Below are positions 48,727-62,252 of a stretch of DNA of 64,000 bases, piece after piece (position 1 is the first letter of the stretch; every line of letters starts with the position of its first letter). The notes under the pieces were generated by a model. That model ran no database searches. It was not told the DNA's origin and saw only the letters and a program-made list of their open reading frames with translations. The stretch is from contig JAMWBK010000004.1 in the NCBI GenBank assembly GCA_029953675.1, forward strand, positions 2,604,001-2,668,000. Direction: 5' to 3'. The position numbers were made by a program, and so were the translations under genes. The stretch is from Rhodosorus marinus CCMP1338. Lineage: Eukaryota; Plantae; Rhodophyta.

Positions 48727-50157
48727 ATGGAGAGGAAAGTAGCTGGGTTTGTTGAGGTTGGGACTGGAGGGATCGGGTTCCTTGGACATAGTGTTCGTGC
48801 TTCATGTAGGAAACGGTTCAAGCTTCGCTCGCTTAGGAGAGGGAGGGTGGGTTTTGAGCGTGCGGGAATGGCAAGGGAAACTGTAACGAGTACGGAGAGG
48901 TCAGAAAGGCCCGAGAACGAAGGACCCGGGCTGTCTGAGGAGGATGGGGAGGAGAAGACGGACGTTAGAAACGAGAATTCTGGGAAGTTTGATGATGGGG
49001 AGGAAGATGCTGGGGGTAGATCCGAGATTCCTCCGGAGGATGTCAGTAGCATTCGGCTTATCTTTGGCTCGGAGACTTTCTTCGCTACGGAAGTGCTAAG
49101 TCCCCCCGGGGGTTTAGTTTTTCGGGGAAATTTGAGGGGGGAGCCCGCGGTGACGCTGTCAAAGCTTGAGGAAAGGCTATCGAATCGCTTTGGAGACAAG
49201 TACACGATCTGCTTGGCTGAAGGGGAAGATGATCTGAAGCCGGTGGTTGTGGTCGTGCCAGCGCTTCGCGACTCGGAGCCATCCTCTACGAGACAGCGAC
49301 AAACCGCAGTAGCAGCTTTGCTGGCCTGTGTGGTTGGGTGTATTTGTAGAGTGGGGTACGGCCTCTTTGGCGTTGACATGCTTGCTAATCCGCAAACAAT
49401 CTCATCCGCCGTCGTCCGCTACCAGATCCTCCCCTTGTCGTTTGGTATATTGGGCATAGTTCTTCTCGGGTGTATCTTCCAGAGATTTGTTGCGCAGAGG
49501 CACAACACAGTTTTGTCTCCTCCAGTACTCCTTCCCTCCTATGCCTTCGGCTCGTTCGGCTCGATCACGAGCGTGAGAAACGCAGTATCTTCTCGTGGGG
49601 TGCTGTTCGATGTTGCATTTTCTGGTGCAGGCCTGCTGCTGGTGTTGTCGCTCTTGATGTTCGTCGCAGGCCTTCTTATAAGCGCAAACCCCGGCAACGT
49701 TCTCGTTGTCCCGAGTAGCGTCCTCACAGATTCCATGCTGCTGTCGTTCATGACCAAGCAGATCATGGGAGCCGAGCTTCTGAGAAGCGCATCAAGAGAC
49801 TTTGTAGGGCTGCATTGGCTTTCTGTCTTGGGGGCAAATTGTTCGATGATCGCAGCTCTAAACCTTCTCCCCATACGCCATTTGGATGGGGGGCGAATGG
49901 TTGCCGCGCTTTTCGGTCGCAAGATGGCTGTTTTAGGATCAAGAGTGACAGTCCTCTTATTGCTGATGTCGACACCACATGCCTCGCACCTGCTGTTCTT
50001 CTTAGGGTTTGTCCTTTTCGGTCCTTGGGTGGTAGACAGACCAGCAAGGAACGAGCTCACGGAACCTGGAGATGTTCGAGCGATACTAGGCTTATCGGCG
50101 TTGTGTTTGATGATGCTGGTGTTGATACCCAAGCCTACAACAATGTTGCTCTACTGA
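48727..50157 (+). CDS. M50 (site-2) metalloprotease homolog, EGY family, probably inactive (EGY3-like), plastid-targeted
   Basis: IFGSETFFATE, VFRGNLRG, LFDVAFSG and NLLPIRHLDGGR motifs; no HExxH at the expected helix. Confidence 0.8.
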   Translation: MERKVAGFVEVGTGGIGFLGHSVRASCRKRFKLRSLRRGRVGFERAGMARETVTSTERSERPENEGPGLSEEDGEEKTDVRNENSGKFDDGEEDAGGRSEIPPEDVSSIRLIFGSETFFATEVLSPPGGLVFRGNLRGEPAVTLSKLEERLSNRFGDKYTICLAEGEDDLKPVVVVVPALRDSEPSSTRQRQTAVAALLACVVGCICRVGYGLFGVDMLANPQTISSAVVRYQILPLSFGILGIVLLGCIFQRFVAQRHNTVLSPPVLLPSYAFGSFGSITSVRNAVSSRGVLFDVAFSGAGLLLVLSLLMFVAGLLISANPGNVLVVPSSVLTDSMLLSFMTKQIMGAELLRSASRDFVGLHWLSVLGANCSMIAALNLLPIRHLDGGRMVAALFGRKMAVLGSRVTVLLLLMSTPHASHLLFFLGFVLFGPWVVDRPARNELTEPGDVRAILGLSALCLMMLVLIPKPTTMLLY

Positions 50158-50423
50158 TATTATTGAAAAGTTTGTTTATGGATTTGAGACTCTGCGGGAA
50201 TTTCTCTCCCCGAATTGTACTCACTGTAGCGCAAGGGTGCAAGCGTGATTTCGTTCTTGAGAGGCTGTTGATAGTGGCACGATCATGAGCCGAGCCAGGG
50301 CAGAGCGTCGGTAACTGGTGTTCGAAAGAAGAGTGCCACTTCGAAGTTTGAAGGGACTGATCTAGGCGTCTAGGCGAAGATGGATGAAGCTTTAATTGGT
50401 TAAGGTGTAATGGTAGTGGTGGA

Positions 50424-53283
50424 TTAGATCGTTACTCTGACTCCTTTTTTTGGCTGCTGCCTAGTCTGTTCAGTTTTTCGTTTAAAGCGCTCGGACAGAG
50501 AACCACCAGTGGCCCGCGCTGGGGTTGCAATTTCATTTTCTGCCGGCGCGTGATCCTCTTGGTGTACCCTCTTGATAAGGGCGGTCATGTCCGCTCCTTC
50601 AGTGTGGTTTTGAGGTGCAAGGCTGTGCGGCTTCCTTTCATCCGCTTCTTCTGCTGCCTGGACCCTAGCCTGGATGGAGAGCCTCATGCGTTCCCTCAAG
50701 TTATCAAGATGATAGTGTTCTGCCAACCGCAGTGAAAGTTTGAGGGCCCAAGCTTCCTGCAACGTGTTAGTGAGCTCCAGAGCGCGGCTGGCATTCTTCA
50801 ACTTGCACGCCTCTTCCACAGCCTTGAGCACCGCTTTCTCTGTGTCCATTTTCTGCTTGCCGAACTGCTCGAGAAGGTTATCATCCTCTTCATAGTCTCG
50901 ATGAAAGCTCTCAGACGCCTCCCTCTTTTCAAGAGCTCCTTTCAAGATTCTCAACCTTCTACGTTGGTCGAAAAGGGCTCGCCGCGTCTTGGAGGGTTCA
51001 ACTGTTACTGGGTCAAACTGAACCCTGGTGACCGGCGACCGGGGAACTACCGATGGATATCTGCACGGGAAAAAAGATCAACGCGTGTCAACGCGACGCT
51101 AGAATGACACTATGGTCGAGACAACAGATTGAAGTATCCAAAACTCACTTTTCGTCGCCGAAGAGGTTGACTCCAATGGCAGTTTGGGAATCCACTGTAA
51201 CAGGCCAAAACGCCGTAGCATCAAGTTTCTCATTGACCTTCTCAGCGAGCAAAATCCATTTCTTCTGTTTCTCCTCGAGTAGGTGGAAAGTACTTCTCGA
51301 GTCCATTACGACCAGATCATTTTCGACCTGTGAAAGACCAATCCACTGCAGCGAAGCTTTCGGGGAGATTCCAGGGGGCGAATGGTGAATTCTGGTGACG
51401 TGTCCGTCGGAATCAACTGTGTAGACGCTGGTATATACTTCACCAGAGAACTGACTCTGGGAGACAGTGCAAAGCCGATCGCGACTCGCGCAGGCGCTGA
51501 TGACCGAACCTTCAATGGATGAAACGTCGGTTTCCATCCCGCTCAAGTTGAACACGCGGAGCAGCTGTTTCGAGGTTCCAACTACGACAAAGTGACCACC
51601 TAGTGCAACTGCTTCAGCGCGCTCAACCTGTCGGAGCCGAGCAGACCACTCCGCGTTGGTTGTCCATGATTCGAAAGGTTTGTAGACTACCATGCTCGGG
51701 TGCTCTTCCTTTGCGTGACATGCGAATACTGCGCCATGTTCATCCATAGTACCTAGAGAAAGATCTAGAAAAGACAGATTCTCGGGTTGGAAACAATCGC
51801 TTAACATCCTAATCATGCTAGGAAAAGGTCACTTACCGAAGTGATCGATGAAGCGGAATGGCCTTTTGCCTTGATCATTAAAATCCACTTCTATGGATTG
51901 ATGAGTTTCTTCATTGAACACGACGATGACGCCTACTCGATTCCAGCACATGATCCTCTTTCTGGATCGTGAGGTCAGTGGTGTTGCCGAAGGCATGAAC
52001 GGAGAGACTGGTACAATTTCGTGACCTGTGAGCTGGCGCTTGTGGGTCTTTCGAGGGCCCATGTATTCTCTCGATGCGTCTTCCAGAATAGCCTCCTCGT
52101 TGAGACTGTAAGGTGATAGAGACCCATCATCGACAACAGAACCCTCCGAGACATGTGTGTCCTCTTTCTTCCTCAGTCGCTTTCTGCGAGAAGGCGTCTT
52201 CACCTCCTCATCCTCGCTATCCACTGCTACGTTGGCATGATGCGTCACCCTTCCATCCTTCCCCTGCGCATCATCTGCCAACACATTGTATGCCTTGGGC
52301 ATGTGCTCTGCCACGGCGTCGTGGAACATACAAGCCTGCCCTTGGTCGTCTAATGCAATGAATGAGTTGCTTGTGGGGTTCCAACGTACGAATTGGATAG
52401 GGAGATCAGCACTCCACCTATCCAGTATCGTCCTCTTCCCAGCATCTATCAACATGCACTGACCGGCGGAGTCCCCGCAAAGCACGTACTCTCCGCTTCC
52501 GCTCCAATCTACCGATTTGACCGTGGCGCCGATGAACCGACCAGTGTTAACATCTCCAGAGCCCAAGGCTTGCCAGCTGTTCCTCGCAATAAACTGAATT
52601 CCCCCCTCTGTGCCGACGACGAAGGAATTTCCATTGGGGTGCCAACTTGCGCTTGTCGCCTTCTTTCCGCCGAGCTCCACTGCAGTAACAAATTCCTGGT
52701 TCCCAATTGACCAAACGCAAACACCACCACGTTCTCCCACAGAAATTATGAAGTCCCCTAATGGATCATACGCTAGGGCGTCGACCGCGTCTTCCTGGGT
52801 CTCTCCTCCCGAACCACGGAAAATCGTATGATTCCGGATGTTCGTCCTGTTGATCATCTTGATTACACCGGGCTCCTCACCAGCAGCGATGAAGGCGTTT
52901 CCCGTGGGCGAAAAATCCAGGGCTCTAACTGCTCCGCTGAATCGCACCATAAATGGTACTGCCTGGATGCCTGATTCGTCCGAATCCCAGTCGATGGAAG
53001 TTTTTTGCGGCAGGGAGAAGAGCCTCACCCTTCCTTCGTCATCGCCAGTCGCAAACCCCCAACCATTCGGAGCAATTGCTATGGAATTGATACTCTCAAT
53101 CTGTTCATCTAAAATTCTCGCCACACGTTTGGGTTTGTGAACCGTCTTCGCAACCTTCGCCCCATCATGCGCGAGAACAAACGCATCAGTACCGCAACTC
53201 AGCGCCCACGAACCATCCGGCATGAACGCAGCCCGACACCTCCCACCCGCATGTACAGGCAACAAATTCAGTTTCTTGCTCAT
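50424..53283 (-). CDS. WDHD1: CTF4/AND-1 (WDHD1) replisome adaptor
   Basis: Exons 53283-51837, about 51764-51149, 51060-50424. N-terminal WD40, SepB region PFMPSATP...RIMCWNRVG...IEVDF, YKPFESWTTNAEWS, helical C-terminus. Confidence 0.9.
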
Positions 53284-54254
53284 TTCTCAAGCAAATTAGC
53301 TAAAAACGCGCACCCGCCACCTACAAACTTCTTCACACCGCTCCCCAAAAAGCTGTTTTCAAACAGTTCCGGCCAACCCACGCTAAATCAACCCCAGCAA
53401 ATCTTTGATCCCTCAAAAACAAACAAAAAAAGCCTCCAAATTCAACCTAGAACAGGATAATTTCTCATGTTAACTTTTCTATGATACACGTCCACCCCAG
53501 AAGCTTCTTACCAGGCTTCCCTTCCCACCCTCCGGATCATCTTCACCAACCCCAACTCCGTAACCAACATGTTACCGCCGCTGACACTAATGCAACGGAA
53601 AAACGTACCTCATTTAGAAGAACATTCAGATGCACAGGTCTATGGATGCATTGTCGTTTCTATTTTCACTTGTTTGGTACGAAAATAGTTTAAAAACCCC
53701 TTGTTAGTGACAGTTGTTGGATATGGATTGGTATTTAGGGATCAAAGAAGTATTTTTTGGGACGGATTCAGTCATTTTGGAATTTCAATGCGCGGGAAAT
53801 CGTTTAGTACTATTGCTGTACGAATGAATGGGTTTATCTCGGCTGGGGATGGTGTCCTAGAGGTCTTGAGGGATACTGGTTCGCTGAGCAGAAGAGAACT
53901 GCTCAGCAACCCCAGGCTAACGCAACCCCAGTATCCTGCAAGCATCCTCTGACGTGCATGATTAGCTGAGGATTGATTTGGGGGGAGGGATAACTGATGT
54001 TTCTGGGAGACGCGGGTGCCCTTCGAAAGAATCCCTCACATGGGTGCCCCAAGGTCGGATTGATCTGATCTCTTCCGGAACGGACGTTGGTCTGTGGTTA
54101 GAATACATCGGTTAGAATACATCGAAAGAGAAAACCCTTCGCGGTGAGAGTGAACCTGCTCGAACCTTCGCGGGCTTTATGAGGTCACAGGCTGGCTAAT
54201 CACGATCTTGTAGTTCAACGCGAGAGCTGGAGGGTTTCTAAGTCTTGTCAGGAT

Positions 54255-56764
54255 CTATGACAAGCCCACGACTCTTCCAGTTTCCGGATCTAGATCGATT
54301 TCGTAGTAGCAGGGTCTGGTTGGGAGACCGGGTATGGTTGGCATTTCGCCGACGAGCGGATACACGAACCCTGCGGCACGAATACCATTCAGAAAGTTGT
54401 GGCAAGCAACATCTGTAGTACTAGATTAAAAACCACAAATCTCACCTGCTCCAGCACTCAGGCGGATGTCTCTCACAGGTATAACGAAATCCTTGGGGGC
54501 ACCTTTCAATTTTGGGTCCGCGGAAAAACTGTATTGCGTCTTTGCCATGCAAACGGGCAACTTGCCATATCCTAGCTTGTTGTACTCCTCAATCTTGGCC
54601 TTCGCCTCATCCTGAAATGAAACAATTGACAGATCACGAACTAGGGCTCAGGGCTAGTTAAAAGGGTCCGAGCTTCGTTGTTGAATTGCCAATCCATTAC
54701 CGACAGTTCTACATCCCCCCCTCCATAGAAATCACAGGATAATTTCCGGATTTTGTCCTCTAGACTCATTTCGTCAGGATACAGCAGTTTAAAATCTGCC
54801 TTGGCCTCGCAAGCTCGTACAACCGCCTCAGCTGAGGTTACCAATCACAAAAGCCAGAAGCCGGGTGTCAGGTAAGGCCTCAACACATCCTCTGAGGAAG
54901 TATTAAGGTGTTTTTACTCACCCAATGCCTTCGCACCTGCGCCTCCTTTAGCAAAATGTTCGGAAGGAACAGCGTCAAATGCGCCAGCAGCCTTTGACAG
55001 TCGAACCACAGTTTCAATCTCGCGATCTGTATCATTCTTGAAACGATTGATACATACAACTACAGGAACGCCAAACCCGATGGTGTTCTTGATATGCCTT
55101 TCCAGGTTCTAGGGATTTCATCCAAAAAAAAAACACCACACGGACAAGTCAACACTTATGTCCGACTGATCCGACACTGATGGAAGTCTTTAAGAAAAAG
55201 GCGACTTACTGCAAAACCATTTTCAACCATCTCAACGTCCTCCTTTGAATACTCCACGGGCAGTGGGGTACCTGCGCTAACTGCTGGGCCTCCCTGTCAT
55301 GCCAGAAATTCAGTCGAAGTGTTATCCAATGTTTGCTGAATTGGAAGGGACGGAACGAACTTCACTTACTCCATGAGACTTCAGTGCTCTGACCGTCGCG
55401 ACCAGAATAGCAGCGCTCGGCTTCATGCCGCTTGACCTAGAAGCAAGGCACAAGATCATCAGGATGATTGGTTTATTGATTTCTGCACAAAGGTTCAATT
55501 GTTCTGTTTTTCCTTTCCTACCTGCACTTGATGTTGCAGAACTTTTCCAGCCCTATGTCAGCTCCGAAACCAGCCTCGGTAAACACGTATCCTTCTGGTC
55601 CAACAATTTTCATGCCGATTTGGTCTGCGACAACTGAGGAGTTCCCATGTGCGATGTTTGCGAACGGGCCTAGAGTGATGCGGAGCAAAGTCAAGAAACA
55701 GGATCAGTTCTCATTCGGTTATGTTTCAGTTCTCTAGATGCCCTGAGATGTGTACCTGCATGTACGAATACAGGAGTACCCTCCAAAGTTTGCATGAGAT
55801 TCGGCATAATTGCGTCCTTCATCATTACAGTGAGAGCTCCACCGACGCCAAGATCGTCCGCGGTAACCGGATCTCCCCGACTCGAAAAACCCACAATTAT
55901 CGCGCCAAGACGCTCTCTCATGTCCTTGATCCCTGTGGTAAGCGCTAAAATTGCCATGATTTCCGAGGCAACGGTGATGTCAAAACCCGTATCCCGCATT
56001 CTACCCTTCTCCGTGGGGTTCAAGCCGACAGTGATCTTCCTCAGGAACCGATCGTTCACATCCAAAACGCGCTGCAGTTTGATACTTGATGGATCGATGT
56101 CCAACCGAACAAACGCGCTGATCTCAGCTTCGGTCAGCTCGTTGGGGTCTGTCTTATCGATACCGAGCTTTTTCAGTCTCCGAAACATTACAGGAGCGAA
56201 TCTTCGTGATCCATCTGCAGCGGGGGGACACAGTCTTCTAAACAGCGCTTGATCGCTCTGTGTGGACTCATGGAACATCCTCGTTTCTAGAGCAGCACAC
56301 AATAGGTTGTGGGCTGCACTGATCGCGTGTATATCTCCAGTCAAGTGCAGATTGAACTCTTCCATTGGGATGACTTGAGAAAAACCACCACCAGCTGCGC
56401 CGCCTTTGATCCCAAATGTCGGCCCCTGAGAAGGCTGCCTAACGCAAGTAAACACATTCTTCCCGAGATGTGCACCCATAGCCTGACTAACGCCAACCGT
56501 AGTCGTACTTTTACCTTCTCCAAGCGGAGTTGGAGATATACCGCCGATCACAATCAGCTTGCCATCTTCCCTATCCGCCAGCTCGTCCAGCACAGAAAGA
56601 TTCACTTTGGCCTTGTACTTGCCATAGAGCTCTAGAACATCCTCACTCAAGCCAATCGCACTAGCTATCGTCCTCACATCGATCACATCAGCAGCCTGCG
56701 CAATCTCAATATCCGCCGGTACCGGATCCAACGCCGTCAGCTTCTTGTACGTTGAATACCCCAT
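54255..56764 (-). CDS. fhs: Formate-tetrahydrofolate ligase (FTHFS)
   Basis: Eight exons: 56764-55756, 55669-55522, 55436-55370, 55293-55210, 55108-54922, 54831-54701, 54611-54446, 54370-54255. [52 protein letters not shown]. Confidence 0.96.
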
Positions 56765-57696
56765 TTTGCAGAGATATCTCACAATAGTACGCCTTGAAAC
56801 TTCCTTCAATAACCAGTAGTATTGACTATATTAACAAATACAACCAAAAAAATTCTGCACAAGCTCTTCCCCTCCCTCTAAACCCTCCTAACCTCCACGA
56901 GTGCTTAGCAAGCCCCAACCAATGCAATCCATCCAAGAAACGGATCCCTTCAAAACGATCTCACATCCACTTACCTATCAAACATAAAATACCCAAAAAA
57001 CTTCCCACTCCAGAAACCCAAGGCTTCCTACCCAAAATCATTAAGGGGTGGACACTTGTCAATATCTTTCTAAGCAATTCGTTCATATACCCATCTTGAT
57101 ATCCGGTAAAAATCATTTATTCATATTTTATAAATATTTAGTGGTAATATATTTTTAAATACATGGGGGATAGTTGAATCATAATTCGTTCGCGTCTCTT
57201 TTGGCGATTTACAGAGGGGGCTACAAGGATGAGAATATCCAGTGTTGTATGGAAGGTCGAAAAAAATGCACACTTTCCCTTTTTTGTTTTAAGTATTCAA
57301 TATCTAATATACCATTTATCAATCACCGCGTGTCCGAAAAATCAGGATTCTAACCAATAGGTAGGCGAGAATATGCGAGCTGAAAGTCACCGCGATTAAT
57401 CCAATGAAAATATACTAAGTGTCCTCTAAATTGATTTTATCCAATGGTGTGTTGAATTGGATCGGCAGTTGAAGCTCCGCCGAGATTTCCTTTTTTTGGC
57501 TGTTTCCCGAGCGTGGAGATGTTGGTAGGAGAGAAAGCAGTTAGTATTTGAAGCGGGTGAGAGTCTGTGTTAGGACTGTTTTCGGTTAGACGGGGTTTCA
57601 GGTTTGGGAGATAAGGGACGTGAATCTTTTCTTTCGGACAATTGGATTTATTAGGAACCTCGTTTGTTGTTTTTTCTTTGTGTTTGGTTTGGTAAG

Positions 57697-59435
57697 ATGG
57701 CGTTCGTTGTGAGTGGATTTGCAGGGGAGCCGGTGCGTACTCGTGCGAGCCGACGAACCCAGGGAGTGAGCATGGTGGCTGCGGAATCATCGTTGAAGAC
57801 GGATGAATCTGCGAGGATTATGAAGGAGGCGCAGGATCTGATGCCTGGCGGTGTGAATTCTCCCGTGCGTGCGTTCAAGTCCGTAGGCGGCGGACCTGTT
57901 GTCTTCGACAGGGTGAAGGGATCCAAGGCTTACGATGTGGACGGAAATGAGTACATTGACTATATCGGTTCCTGGGGTATGTAAGGAGGTCGCTATTAAA
58001 TGAGCAGTCTGTCAACACCGATCTCTTGTCTGGTCGGACACAGGCTGTCTTCTGTTCCACTGGCATGCACGAAAGCGTGTGACCACGGATGGTATAGACC
58101 AGTCGATCGATCGAACATCAGCTAACGAATTTTTTTTTGATTCTTCCCACCACAGGCCCTGCGATCGTCGGAGCAGCCAACGAGGAGGTCAATGAGGCGT
58201 TGGTGAAGCAGATCGAGAAAGGAACCTCTTTCGGAGCTCCATGCGAACTTGAAAACCAGCTCGCCCAGGACGTCATTGACGCGGTACCCTCCTTGGAGAT
58301 GGTCCGATTTGTGAACTCTGGTACTGAAGCATGCCTAAGCGTAATCCGAGTCATGCGAGCTTTCACGGGGCGACAGAAGTTCATCAAGTTTTCCGGATGC
58401 TATCATGGCCATGCTGACATGTACCTGGTCCAGGCCGGATCTGGGGTGAGCTTATTTTAATCCACGTACAGCTTGGGATGGTCGTTCGATAATGACGCTT
58501 GCCTCTCTTTAACATCTCTCGTTGTGTTGCTCTAGGTTTTGACCCTCGGCTTACCAGATTCCCCAGGAGTTCCCAAGGAAACAACTGCTCCGACGCTTGT
58601 GGCCAAATACAACGACCTCGACTCTGTCAAGGCAATCTTCGAGGCAAACAAGGACGAAATTGCAGGCGTCATTTTGGAGCCTGTTGTTGGAAACTCTGGA
58701 TTTATCCCGCCGACAATGGAGTTCCTCCAAGGGTTGAGAGACCTCTGCACGGCCGAGGGAGCACTGCTCTGCTTCGATGAGGTCATGACTGGCTTCCGGA
58801 TCTCCTATGCTGGTGCCCAGGGACACTTTGGGATCAAGCCTGATATGTCCACCTTCGGCAAAGTCATCGGTGGAGGGCTCCCAGTTGGTGCCTATGGAGG
58901 AAGGAGGGATATCATGGAGATGGTAGCTCCGGCCGGTCCTGTTTACCAGGCAGGAACGCTGAGCGGTAACCCCCTCGCAATGACTGCTGGACTTAAGACC
59001 CTTGAAATTCTTCGACGACCTGGATCGTACGAGTATCTGGATAAAATAACCTCTCGTCTCGCAGCAGGAATGGTCGACGCCGCGAAGGATGCAGGGCATG
59101 ATGTAAGTTTCTCCATCCAGAACACATTCGCAAGTGATTTGGTATCTCTAACTTAAGTACTGGCTTGGACTCACCCTCGATAGGCTGTGGGCGGAAGCAT
59201 CTCGGCTATGTATGGAATGTACTTCACCAAGGACCCAGTTCACAACTTTGAACAAGCTAGCCAGAGCGATATGAAGAAATTTGCACCTTTCCACAGGGGC
59301 ATGCTCGAATCGGGGATCTACCTCGCTCCTTCTGGGTACGAGGCTGGATTCACCGGTCTCGCTCACACGGAGGAGGACATTGACAAGACCATTGAAGCGG
59401 CGCGCAAGGTTCTGAGCACGATCCCACCGAACTAG
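57697..59435 (+). CDS. hemL: Glutamate-1-semialdehyde 2,1-aminomutase, plastid-targeted
   Basis: Exons 57697-57976, 58156-58445, 58536-59102, 59184-59435. [49 protein letters not shown]. Confidence 0.97.
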
Positions 59436-59789
59436 AGAGGACCGAGGACAAGGAGCGGCTAGCAGCCTCTACTACAGGTGCTGATGAAAAATTCACGAAT
59501 AAAACTTGAAAAAAAAACAACAGAGAACTTGGAATCTTTTGTCAGGAACGCCGTTTATAATAATGTAAACACCTCTCACTCTCTCTCTCCCCCCTCGCTT
59601 AGAAGAAGGCTGCGTGCATTGAATCTATATGCAAATGTTGCCAAGGGCTTGAACAGTGGTAATTTTTTTCAGTCTTTCCATGTTCAGCCATGGGATCCCT
59701 CGTTCTTTTCCTTCTCAAAGAGTGGCGCGGTCTCGCACTGGTGGAGTTTTCTTTTAGATCCACTCCAGAGCCCTGCCCTGCCCTTCGCT

Positions 59790-61444
59790 TCAATCTCGTG
59801 TAGTTTGTCCTCCTGCTTTCCCGTCGAGCAGGGGTAAATTTGAGCTGCTCCCCGCGGAGAGCAGTTTCACTCCAGTTCTTCTGAGACTCGTGTTCTTCCC
59901 CTGGCCGTGAACTGTGCCCTTATCCGCAGTATTCTGTGCCACACCCGCTCCTGGCTTCTCTGTCATCTCGTCCCTGGCGTTCGGGGAGAAGTCTCCCACA
60001 TCTGGAGAACGCAGGTCCATCCAAATGTCGCCCTCCTCGTCTCTCATCATATAATCGTGCCACCTGGGCTCAACCCGTTCAGGTTTATCATAACCAGCAT
60101 ATTCCCACAGATCTTCATCCAAAAGTTGTTCCAATCCGAGCCTTTTCCTTGCTCCCTCGATCTGAGAGATTCGCTTCGGGGCCCAGGCGAAAGGACTCTC
60201 AAGAGCATCCATTCTTTTGGCGTAAACAACATCCTCTTCTCGAACATGTTCCCTGTACCTCAACACGTTGTGGTGCGGGAAGCTAAGTTGTTCGTCCGGC
60301 GAAAACGGATGCACAGATGTTGTAGGACCATTGTATCTCAAAAACAAGTCTTCGGACGGGTCACGAGTAACGTCTATCTTCTCCACCTCTAAGTCAAACT
60401 CCCCGGACGGGCCCTTTGTCATTATTCCCATCGAGATGATGTCTTTGACGTTCGGGTGAACGAAGGACCCCTACAAATGCGAGAGATCCATTTGAGCATC
60501 ACAACAAACGGCCATTACACCTGTTGAGAAGGCTTGTGATCAACCGTCTAGGACTACCTACCGATAACATTCCAAAGGTGCTCTGCATGAAGTTGGCGTA
60601 GGGGATCTACATCCCAGGGGTATTTGTACAGGAGAGAAACAGTAGAGCTTAGTGAACCATTTCACGGGGGAAGACGTTAGCAAACACCAAACGCAATTTC
60701 CATATGTTTCTTACCCTGTGTTCTTCCCACTTGTTCCCCCCAGAAGTCTCGAAAGGGAACTGATACAGCGAGCCAGTCTCCGAGTCAAAATAGGAGTGAG
60801 TTGTTATGTTCAAGTACCATTTTCTCATTTCTGATGATCTTAGTCTCAGGATGAACGCAGTCGTTCCGTCTAGGTTGAGAAACTCTTCGAAATACATGAC
60901 CGCATAACCACTCCTAGCGTACTTTTCTTCGCCAGGGTAGGCGTATACGTGTTGCTTGAGCTTTTCAGTAATAGTGAAATCTATTTTACCCTGAAATTTC
61001 GCTGTCCCTGTGTTGAATGCCTGCGGGAGCGACATTTCAGCTACAGATTTGCCGCCAAGACTCGAATCACTTTCCACTCTCCATTTGTTGGGGAATCCTC
61101 TCTTCATGGCATCATAAAGCCAGAAATCAGGACCCTTCAGATCCTTCTTAATCCATCCAAATTGGACGAGAGGCCTTCGATCAGTTCTTAATTTCCCACC
61201 TTACGACACCGAATAAGGCGAAGGAGAAACATCAGTGCGAGAAAACCAGCTCGCTCAAGAGGACGACTAACAGAAAACCGAAGCTTTTGCATCCCAAAAT
61301 CCGGGGAGGAAACTCCTCAAAAGCAGGTATCAGCTGGACAAAGAACTGAATCCACCCGCCACACTCACCTCCAGGTTCCCGAAGAAACGCCCTCCTAGCC
61401 TTCAGAAACTCATACCTCGTCGCCAGGCTTATACCGCTCGCCAT
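59790..61444 (-). CDS. NDUFAF1: Complex I assembly factor NDUFAF1/CIA30-like, with long C-terminal extension
   Basis: Exons 61444-61369, 61199-60715, 60606-60562, 60470-59790. WRVESDSSLGGKS, RSGYA, LRLR..WYLNI, LYQF..W..IPY, ISMGI..G.F.LEVEKI. Confidence 0.75.
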
Positions 61445-62252
61445 CCTTTCTTCCAACACAAAGCCAAAAACAAAATCCCACGAAAACCACAGAAAACGAA
61501 ACAAACCAAAGTTTCTTCCAATTGTCTCTGCGGACTATTCCATTCCATCCTAACCGTTGAGAGACTACCTCCCACCCAAAAAGACCATATCCTATCCTCC
61601 TAACCTTATGCACCTCCCCCAACTTCATGAAACCTGTTTTCCCAGGCAAGAACACAGTCCTTGCTCTTACTCTTAAAACACACTCTCTCGATTCCGCCCC
61701 AAAACGATTTCCTCATAAAACATGCGTTTTTCACAGAATTGTCGTTGCCTTCGTTTCAGCCTGGAAATGACCTTTCCAAGCTCATATTACCTTAACTTTT
61801 AGTAAGCTTTTTTGTGAATGGTCTAAAACCATGCTTTTCAGAGAGATCCACAATTCCTCGATTTTTAATTAGTAAGCAAGGTCGTTTTAACGGAATCAGT
61901 TTTATGATTAAAATTAGTTTGTTTCTTTTGTTGGACGTCCGGACGGTGTCTCCACGAAGAGTGCGGGAGCATTCGACCGGCTCAAGAAACTCTGCAGTCT
62001 CCGCAGAATAATGAGTGGATCTGGCATTTTCCCCGTGAAGAAGCGTTGTGCATCGTAGGGTACTTGGTTTTATCAACTTTTCTTATCCGGTTCCGAGACT
62101 TGGGCGGTGATGTGTTCGATACTCGCATCCAAAGTGTCAATGACGTGGTTTGGCTTTTCGATCCTAACGGAGCTCTGGTTCCTTTTCCTGATCCACTTGT
62201 GATACTAAACTTGCAAAGGAAAAAGCTTTCAAATGATCGCATTTCCTGTGCC

